Below, in pieces: positions 55,607 through 64,000 of a stretch of 64,000 nucleotides of DNA (positions are counted from its first letter, which is position 1; every line of letters begins with the position of its first letter). The position numbers were made by a program, and so were the translations under genes. The stretch spans positions 3,472,001 to 3,536,000 of the forward strand of contig CATNEN010000041.1 of NCBI GenBank assembly GCA_950097015.1. Reading direction: 5' to 3'. Below the pieces are notes generated by a model. That model was not told where the DNA came from, made no database searches, and saw nothing but the letters and a program-made list of their open reading frames with translations. The stretch is from Macrostomum hystrix. Lineage: Eukaryota; Animalia; Platyhelminthes.

Positions 55607-58600
55607 TAGTTAGTTAGCCCTGGCCGGGCAGGTCCGGGGGTCGGGTCAGCGACCCTATCGCCTGGAGATAGGAAAGGACACGGGGCCGTCGTCGGAGAGG
55701 ATGGCCAGCGTCGGGTTAGGGCCGAGGACGCGGTTGCGGGTCTGGGCGTGAGCTGGGCATGCTTCAGGTTCTCCTCCTGGTGTCCGCAGGACGCGGGCTG
55801 TTGTCGTTGCGCCTCAGGTCACAGTGTCCTGGGACCCATTGGATAGTCACGTGGTGGCCTGCGGGGACTTTGAGGAAGAGGCGCCAGATGTCCCGGCAGC
55901 AGGGGGACAGGTGAGAGTGCGGGCCTTGTTCGAGCGATCGGATGAGGGCCTGCGGTTCTGCCGTACCGGGCCATGGGACGCGCTCCAGGGCTGCGAGGAG
56001 ACCAATGCGGAGGGCACACTCCTCCGCCCTTAAAGAAGAGCTGAAAGCGCCCGCTGGAGCAGTCAGGTAGATTGGCGCGGCTCCGCGGATGAACAGGGCC
56101 GCACCGGATCCGCCTCTATTGGTGCCTCCGGAGGCCGAGCCGTCGGTCCAGAGTTCCAAGGCGGGTTCCGGAAGCCGGTCCAGCGTCTCCAGTGCGGCTT
56201 GGCGTTTGACGTGCGGGGGATCCTCCCGGTTGGTCGGTTTGGTGAGTTCCGCTGCGAAGTGGATCCTGTCGTTAGGCGATAGGGGAGGCGGTGGCACGTT
56301 GTCAGGTTCGCGCTTGGATCCCGCGAGGCCCGCGCGGGCGATCAAGCCGTTGGCCTCCGTCCTCCAGTTGCGTCTGAAATCGCCGTGGTTGCCGTGAGCG
56401 CGGATTCTCGGTTGAACGTCGAGTTCGGCCAGCGTTCTGAGCGGTGTCTGTTGTCTTGCTCGCCGGGTTTTCTCCATCAGCGTAGCCGCAGCGGCCGTCG
56501 CCGAGGTGTTGAGTGGAGCCAGCCCGGCCTCTTTGAGGAGCGCGGCAGTCGGGGTGGATCGGCAGCACCCCGAGATAACGCGCGCTGCGGCGAGGTGCTG
56601 GGTCTCAACTTCCCGGCGGCAGGCGTCGGACGCAAAGCTCATCCAAGAGGAGGCGCCGTGTAGGACCGCCGCTTCCGCGTAGGTGCGGTAAAGCTGTCTG
56701 AGAGATCTCGGGTCGCGCCCCCAGTCTCGACCAGCAAGGCACCTCAGGGGCCTGTCCGCTTCTGCAGGTTGCGCTTTTGGACCGCCGCATGGTGGCGGAA
56801 CGTGAGCTGTGAATCGAGGTACACGCCCAGCATCTTGGGGTGTTCCTCGAATGGGGCTGGCATGTCTCCGAGTCTGATATTCGGTCTCGCCTTGCCGTTT
56901 GTCTCACGTGGGTCGAGGGAGAAGTAGGTGACGACTGTTTTGGATTTGTTCAGGTCAACTTTCCAAGTCGTGCACCACTCGACGAGCCAGTTCGCCGCGC
57001 TTTGCAGTCTTGCTTCACAGGTCTTCAAATTCATGCCTTGTGCGCCAAAGGTCGTATCGTTGGCGTACGCCAGAGAGAAGATGTCATCTGGGGCATCCTC
57101 CAACAGGTCATCGACGAACACCGTCCACAGAGTCGGGGCGATGACGGAGCCTTGGGGGAGGCCCTCAGGGAAGAGGCGTTGGGGCTCTGGTTGCCGTCCC
57201 AGGTCACAATGGCACGTCGATCGGAAATATACGAGTGAATCCAGCGGCGCGTGCAGGTCGGGACTTTCTTACGGCGTAACTTAGCGATGAGGGCCTGTCG
57301 CCACATGCGCTCGTAGGCATGCGAGAAGTCCCCAAACAGCATCGCTGTACGGTTTGCTGGTTTTTTCTTCTGGAAGCCGTCGAAGACGTACTGGGATGCC
57401 GCGGCAATCTGCTCTTCGGTAGAGCGACCGCGGCGGAAGCCGGCGTGGGCCGGGTGGATGAGGTTCTCGGACTCCAGGTAGTGCGTGAGGCGTTCGTTAA
57501 CCAGACGTTCCGCGACTTTCGCCGTGCAGGAAAGGAGGCACATGGGGCGGTAGCTGGAGGTAGCGTCCGGGCTTTTCCGGACTTGTGTATCGGCCTGATG
57601 TCGCCGATTTTCCAGGCAGCGCAACACTGGCCGCTACGCCAAGAAAGGTTGATGGTGAAGAGGAGGAGCTCGATCCCCTTTGGCGGCAGATTCTTCAGCA
57701 TCAAGTTGGATATCCCGTCTAGCCCTGGGGCGGACCGGCTCGGGATGGCGCGGAGGGCTCGGGTGAGCGCCTCTAGGTCGAAGTCAGCACACATTCCCAG
57801 GCGTTGTCCGTTGCACGCACAGGGCTCATCAAGGGCTCTCCTGGCCTCAAGTTTGACTTTGTGGTCCCGCACTTTGTCTTTAGGAAGTTGCGCGACCGTT
57901 GCGTACTCTCTACAGAAAAGGTTGGCCTTTTGTGAGTTCGTGGTGGCGCAGCGGTTGGCCGAGTCCTTGATGGCTGCGGATGGTCTGGCCGCCGGTGTCC
58001 GCCCGTCGAGAACTCGGATTATTCTCCAGATCGCGGCCGAGTCCAGTTTATTGTAGTTGTCGGATATGAATTCTTGCCAGAGTGCCTCCTTGGCCCTACG
58101 GATGGACGCGGTGGCGAAAGCACCCGCGGCTTGATACGCCGCGGCGAGCTCGTCGTTGTCAGGATCCGTGCGGAGAGCTTCGAGGACCTGACGTCTGGCG
58201 GTGCACGCGGCTTCGGCCTCAGGGCACCACCATGCTACTGGGGCTTGGCGCGAGCCCTGCGGAATCGCTCTTCGAGCGGCTGAACGGATGGCGTGGTTCA
58301 GTTTATCGGTTGCACCAGCGACCGAGCGTGGTGGGCGGTGCTGCCAGTGCTTGAGTTCTTCGGAAATGAGCTCGCGGAATAGGGTCCAGTCTGCCTTATG
58401 GTAGGCGAAGCGGGTCACCCGTTTCCGCTTTGGGGGCCTCTTGGAGCTGTTTCGAATCTCGATAACAATAGGGAGATGGTCGGATCCGATGTGTGCCTCC
58501 GTCTTCCAGGTCATCCGGTCTTGCCAGTTGGCCGGGACGAAGGTCACGTCCGGGGCGCTGGTCAGGCCTCTGGGGCTGATTCTGGTGAAGGAGCCATCGT

Positions 58601-59413
58601 TAAGCGCGACGTAGTCGAACGTCGTGGCCCAGTTTTCGAACTCGGTCCCCAGGGCGTCGTCGGTCTCGCAGCTCTCGTCCCACATCCCGTCGTGCGCGTT
58701 AATGTCGCCGAGGAAAACGGTGTCGGGGCCGGATGGTAGCCAGTCTGGTTCGAAGTCGCTGACCCGTCCGTCTCCTGCACGGACCGGTGGGATGTAGAGG
58801 TTAATGATCGAGAGTGGGCGGCCGATACGCGGGTCGTGAATAGTGACCGCGGAGGCTTCCGTGGCCGAGTTGACAGCCTTGGGGGGTGGCATCTGGAGCT
58901 CGGAGAAGTCGATACCTTCTTTGATCAGGAAGCAGACTCCGCCGTGCGGCGTCTCTGCCGGCTCGCCAGCGCGATTGGCTCGACGGTCCCTGCGGGCGGC
59001 AATTTGCCAGCCCGGCAGTCTTGGGAGGGACCCGATCGCCGTCAAATTCGTCTCCTGAACACAGGCGACGTCGATGGACTTGGCCTCGAGGAAGTGGAGG
59101 AGCTCGAGCTTACGGGCGCGGAGGCCGGCGGCGTTAAGTTGTAAAATGCGAAAGCTGTGGACGTTAGTGCTGCAGCCACCGCATGAGTACGACGTTGGTG
59201 GCCCAGGGTTGGTCTCCACGTCGCCGGCTCGGAGGAGCAGCTGGGCCAGGTGAGCCGGGGAGGCTGGTCCAGCTGGGAAAAACCCGAGGTGTCCTGTCCC
59301 CAGACGATGTCCAGGGTGAGCGCTGCACTTCGCCGGTGGTGAGTCCGGACGGTCCCGCCACGTGAAGGCGGCAGCATTGGGAAGCGCGCCAGGCGCGCTC
59401 GGGGTCACGAAGG
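55607..59413 (-). mobile_element. Near full-length Ingi-clade LINE (2A, APE, RT, RNase H) with a few frameshifts
   Basis: LLLRAGDVETNPGP; ILQLNAAG...CVQET...GDINAH...SDHLPI (APE); SYRPMCL...PQGSVIAP...YAND (RT, YADD mutated); WTDGS...RAE...WVPGH (RNase H); (CTAA)3 tail at 55607-55617; 12-bp TSD CGATTTTCTCGT / CGATTTTATCGT. Confidence 0.92.
59322..59375 (-). ncRNA. HDV/CPEB3-like ribozyme core at the LINE 5' end
   Basis: GCTGC-C GCC TTCACGT GGC GGGACC GT CCGG ACTCACCA CCGG CGAA GT GCAGC fits P2, P3, L3, P3', P1', J, P4, J4/2, P2'; the 5' strand of P1 gives only about 4 bp. Confidence 0.6.
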
Positions 59414-59864
59414 CGATTTTATCGTCGCAGACAAGACAGAAGACAGGTGCTACCTGGCCTTTTACGAGCTGCGCAACCTGCTCAGCAGGCTCGGATTCAC
59501 TGTCAACGAGAAGAAGAGCGTGCCGCCAACGACTAAGCTGAGGTTCCTCGGGATCGACATCGACACCGTGCAAGCGAGTCTCTCCTGTAATGATGCAGAG
59601 TCAATTCTTTTGGTTGAACACACCTAAAGTGAACTCACTCAGCGCAGTGTATTTTGTTTTAGAATTTCGGCAAGTTGTACATTGACCATGCACATTTTGC
59701 ACATGGCATAGTGCCGGAGCCGGAATCATCAATGCCGGCTCAGTGTGCCGCGCTCTGCCTTTCACTTGTATTTTTTCTGCTTTATATCTCACTCTTCTAC
59801 TTATTCTGTCTTAAAAAATCTAAAAAAATCTAAAACTTAAAAAAGCAAAAACACCAGGTCTAAA

Positions 59865-59887
59865 GGGTTAGGGTAAAGTAGGGTAAA
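59865..59887 (+). repeat. Degenerate telomere-like tract
   Basis: GGGTTAGGGTAAAGTAGGGTAAA, 14 bp from the Gypsy LTR end. Confidence 0.45.
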
Positions 59888-59900
59888 AACACGTAGTAAA

Positions 59901-62900
59901 TGTTGTGGCTGCTAGCCAAATAAGCGAGGCGAGGCCAAGTCCAGTTAACCAAGGGTGAGGGTGCTCTCTCGCGTAGCGAGAGCCGTGTATATATATTATT
60001 GAACCTCACATGTACATTGATTACATAAGTACCCTATGAGCAAATGTGCACATAGGCCATTCACAACATCATCCCCCCTCCAAAGAGGTGACAGGCAACG
60101 GGCGGGATGGCATAGTTTGAGACATGCATTTAATCAGTTCGTATCGCATGTGATTGCTCTCTCCACAACAGTCACTTGAGTCACATGTCGGTTCACACTC
60201 AATCGTGGGTCACGACACTGCCGAACCATTGAGGCGGTGCACGATGCCTCTCAGAACGACGCAGCGGTGGCATTGGTGGCGCCGGGCTTGTCGGCGCACC
60301 CGCTGGCTGGGGTGGCAGCTCACCGTCACCGTCATCGTCGCACCAGCCGCGGCGGTTGTCTGGGATGCAGCGGCTGATGTGCCAGCGACTGCCATCGGTT
60401 AGCGTCAGTGTGTTGCCGTTGCGACCGACGACCGTCATCGGCTCGGAGATGCCGCTGCCGAGTTTGCTTTTCTTCGGTCGGCGTACGCGGACACGACTGC
60501 CGACGGTCAATGCGGCGCTCCGCGGTTGCTGATTCTGCTTGGAAGGTTTCCGGCGACTTTCGGCTCGCTGCTGTTGTTCCTGGACGGTGCGCCGCAGCGC
60601 CTGGCTGGGCGCGGACTCAGGCTCGGCCGGTTGAAGCCGGTCAAGATGCAGGCGAAGCTTCCGCCCTAGCATCATCTCGGCCGGGGTCTTCTTGGTCAGC
60701 GCGTGTTCAGCCGATCGATACGCTAGCAGGAGTTCCTGCACAGCTTGCTTCATGGCCACGCCGTCGGCCAACAGGGCTCGTAGAGAAGACTTGATGAAGC
60801 CGTTGAACCTTTCGACTCCGCCGTTCTGCTGCGGACAATAGAATGGAGTCCGGCGATGCCTGATGCCAAGTGAGCTGAGGAAGTCCGTGAACTCGCTCGA
60901 CACGAATTGTGGTCCGTTGTCAGTTGTGATCTCGTCTGGCAGGCCCCAGCGGACGAACAGGCTGCGAAGGGCCTCGATGCAGGCAGTAGAGGTTACGGAT
61001 GAAGACGCGATGATCTCGGGCCACTTGGAGTAGAGGTCGTGGACTACGATGAGGAATCTGTGCGAATTTGGCGCTTCGGTTGCCGGGAGCTCTCCGACGA
61101 TGTCGACTTGGAGCTGTCTCCACGGGCCGGCTGGTAGTTCCGTGGTTGACCAGGGCACCTTGATCGGCTTGAACGCCTTCTCCGACAGAATGCAGGCACT
61201 GCAGTTCCTCACGAATGTCTCCACGTCGCTGTCAATGCGCGGCCACCAGACAGTTTCGCGGCATCGCGCCTTGACCTTCGCCACGCCGAGATGCCCTTGA
61301 TGCGCCTCCGTCAACACCAGGTCGCGGAGTGAGGCTGGGATGACCGCACGGCTGCCTCTCGCCAGACAGCGCCCGTCGTTCCACAGGCAGAGCTCGTGCT
61401 GCACCTGATGGAAACCCTTCAGGTCGCTAGGAGTCTCGGTGGGCCATCCGTTGAGCACGAACTGAACGACTCGCTGCAGTTGGTCATCGCTAGCTGTGGC
61501 CTCGGCGAGCTGAGCAACTGAAATAGGCTCGGAGCTCCTGGCAAGCACTAGGTTGATGTCTGACTCAGTTTGACGTTGATCAATCGATTCTTGGCCGATC
61601 TTTTTACGATCGTAGCCGTAGCGGGACAGAAAGTCAGGTTGGACGTTTAGCTTACCAGGAACATACTCGATGTCAAAATCGTAGACGAAGAGTCGCTCAC
61701 ACCAGCGTTGAAGCCGAAGAGGCCGCTGGCCGCTTCCGCGTGCTGTTAGCAGGGTGGTCAGAGCCTGGTGGTCGTTCAGCAGCTTGAACTTCCGGCCGTA
61801 CAGCAGAAGGTGCCAGTGCTCGCAGCTCCAGACGCAGGCCAGGGCCTCCTTCTCCGTCGCGGAGTAACGGCGCTCAGTGTCGGACAGAGCGCGCGAGGCG
61901 AAGGCGACTGGACGAAGTTGTCCACGCTCGTCAATTTGGCCCAGAGTAGCGCCCAGGGCGACGTCGCTGCTGTCACACGAGACGACTGTTTCGTGGCTCT
62001 GATCGAAGAATTTTAGGCACGGCGCGGATGAGATGAGCCGCTTGACCTCACTGAAGGCTGCCTCGCACTTCTTGTCCCAGTTCCAGGGCACATCCTTGCG
62101 CAGGAGTGCTGTCAGCGGCTCGGCGACATGCGACAGGTTCTTGATGTAGAACTGGAGAAACTTTGCGAAACCGAGGAAGGAAGCAAGCTCGGACGCGTTC
62201 GTCGGTGCCTTGAGTTGCTCTACTGACTCAGCGTGGGACTGAAGCGGCTGGATGCCGGTGGCGCTGATCCGATGTCCGACGAACTGGATCTCTGGAACCT
62301 TGAAAACGCACTTCTTGAGGTTGATGGTGACTCGGTGATGCAGCAGCTTGTCCAGGACTCGGAAAAGGCGTTTGTCATGCTCGGCTTCCGTTGCCGCGTG
62401 CACCGCGATGTCATCTTGATAGTGCATGACGCCGTCGATGCCTTCCAGGATCTTGCCGACGACCTTCTGGAAGGCCGCCGGAGCTGAGCTGATTCCGAAT
62501 GGCATTCGCTTGAATCGGTACAGGCCGGATTCTGTGTGGAAGCAGGTCAGGTTCTTGGCGTCTTCGTGCAGCGGCAGTTGCAGGTACGACTGGTTGAGAT
62601 CAATCCGCGAGAACCACTTGGAGTTGGAAAACTCGGTAACTAGGTCGGCGAATGTTGGCAGTGACATCGAGTCTGGGACAATCGCCTTGTTGACACTGCG
62701 CAGATCGACGCAGAGGCGAAGCTTCCCGTCAGACTTCCTGGCGCAAGTGACATTCGATTGCCAATCAGGAACGTCGCCTTCGGCGCGCTCGATGATGCCT
62801 TCTTCCTTCCAGCGATGGATCTCCGCAGCACACTCTTGGCGCAGAGCGAGCGGCAGCCGGCGCATCCGCTGGGCTACCGGCGGCACGGTCGGGTCTACCC

Positions 62901-64000
62901 TGGGGCGGTGGCAGAAGCCCTTGATCTCGCCGAGACCGGTGCCTAAAGTGTGGTACTTGGCAGGAATCCAATCTGGCATAGGTGGCATACCTGAAGCCTC
63001 GTTACCCGAGCTAATAGTGAAGATTTGATGGCCGGAAGGTCCGAGGACCTTGCAGTCGAGTTTGTCCATCAGGTCGATGCCCATCAGGTCGTCGCCGTCC
63101 ATCACAATTGTGAAGGTGAACAACGGAAGCTGAACGCCGTCGAACTCGACCCTGGCATCGATCTCGCCGGCGACGCTGATACTGGAGCCGTTGTAGGAAA
63201 GCAGCTTCTTGTCGCACGGGCGCAGAGGAATTTTGGATCCGAAGATTTTGCGGCTTGTCTCCATGCTGAGGATGGAGACTTTGGCGGCTGTGTCCACCAG
63301 TAACGGGATGCTGTGACCATTGATTCTTATGCTGGCCCTCTTGTATTGGCCTTTGTGGCTCGACCCGACAGCGAAGATACTCTGCTGTCTGGAGCTGTCT
63401 ATCTCGACGCCTTGAATCTTCTTTTGGCCTGAGGTCGGTGCCGTCGTGCTGCTCTTGCACACCTTGGCGAAGTGGTTGAGCCTCCCGCACTTCGTGCACG
63501 CCTTGCCTCGTGCCGCACAGCGCGGATCACTGCCTGTGCGGTGGCCTCGCTGGCCGCAGTGCGAGCAGCAGAACTGGTTCTGCTGACCCGTCTGGCGCTG
63601 CTTGGCGTCGTAGGAAGCTCTCTTAAAGTTGATCTTCTTGATGCTGTCGTCGGCTGCTGTCTTGCCAGTCAGCGACTTCTCACTGTGGACCGCCATTTCC
63701 ACCTGGGCTGCAATTTGGATTGCCCCGCCCAGCGTGAGCTCCTTCTCAAGTAGGAGTCTTTCGCGCACCTTTGAGGACGAGGTGCCAAAGATCAGCTGGT
63801 CCAGGATGAGGTCGTCATGGAGGACTCCAAACTGGCAGTCCTTGGCGGCATGGCGCAGATTTGCCACAAAGGCTTGCACGCCTTCGGCGCTTCGCTGGAC
63901 GCACTTCCGGAATTCGTGCCTCTTGGCATACACGCTCACTGCTGGCTGGAAGTGCTGCTTCAGGAGATCGCATGCCGCTGCTAGTGTTGTCGGAGCCGTT
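59901..64000 (-). mobile_element. Ty3/Gypsy element with uninterrupted single gag-pol ORF (>1246 aa, start beyond the window), PPT and 168-bp 3' LTR
   Basis: Zinc-knuckle-like CSHCGQRGH and CTKCGRLNHFAKVC; protease LLVDTAA; RT HYQDD; RNase H SCDSS; integrase H-H-C-C and DDE (DEITTDNGPQF, NGGVERFN). PPT GGAGGGGGATGA, then LTR TGTTGT...ACAACA at 60068-59901. Confidence 0.95.

Larger units (their letters stand above)
55110..59590 (+). mobile_element. DIRS/Ngaro-type RT fragment split by the Ingi-like LINE (parts 55110-55606 and 59414-59590)
   Basis: CPLGAIPK...RQIHDCSVP / MAKVGITLAY...VDTRLPFGSRAS...FIDDFLV, then DFIVADKTEDRC...LGFTVNEKKSVPPTTKLRFLGIDIDT. Confidence 0.82.

Noticed and set aside
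55714-55722. GGGTTAGGG in the LINE 3' region
   Set aside because: A single repeat unit, expected by chance.
59400-59410. GTGACCCCGA at the LINE 5' end resembling a tRNA-Trp primer-binding site
   Set aside because: Only a 10-nt match, and LINEs do not use tRNA priming; likely chance.
59414-59573. N-terminus of the 789-aa ORF (MHGVDVDPEE...) as the LINE protein start
   Set aside because: It lies outside the TSD and is the antisense of the host DIRS RT.

Overview
Repeat-rich eukaryotic (animal) DNA with GT-AG introns. Composition, very short introns, TTAGGG tracts and abundant minisatellites suggest a flatworm such as Macrostomum; this is inference only. Four spliced genes can be built from the sequence. 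(1) The 3' part of a Syd-1/SYDE-type C2-RhoGAP (+, 1071-6035). (2) A complete Rab2 (+, 11070-17181). (3) A complete ~27-kb polycystin-1-like gene (-, 47928-21083) with the layout signal peptide, extracellular PLAT-like domain, 13 TSP1 repeats, cysteine-less GAIN/GPS, TM, PLAT, polycystin channel. (4) The 5' part of a membrane-anchored cupin/JmjC-like gene (+, from 50326). The rest is a dense TE mosaic: several Gypsy elements (one with an uninterrupted gag-pol), BEL/Pao, DIRS-type RT, an Ingi-type LINE, Penelope-like elements, an intact DD34D mariner ORF, a hAT MITE, a tRNA-derived SINE and large minisatellites. Most notable: a ~69-copy 49-bp array made of a real 3' splice site; short TTAGGG patches at break-like junctions, one inside Gag coding sequence; an HDV-like ribozyme core plus 2A peptide at the LINE 5' end; a hammerhead motif in a Penelope-like element; and a sharply CpG-depleted block in Rab2 intron 1. 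All coordinates, counts and alignments were done by eye without tools.
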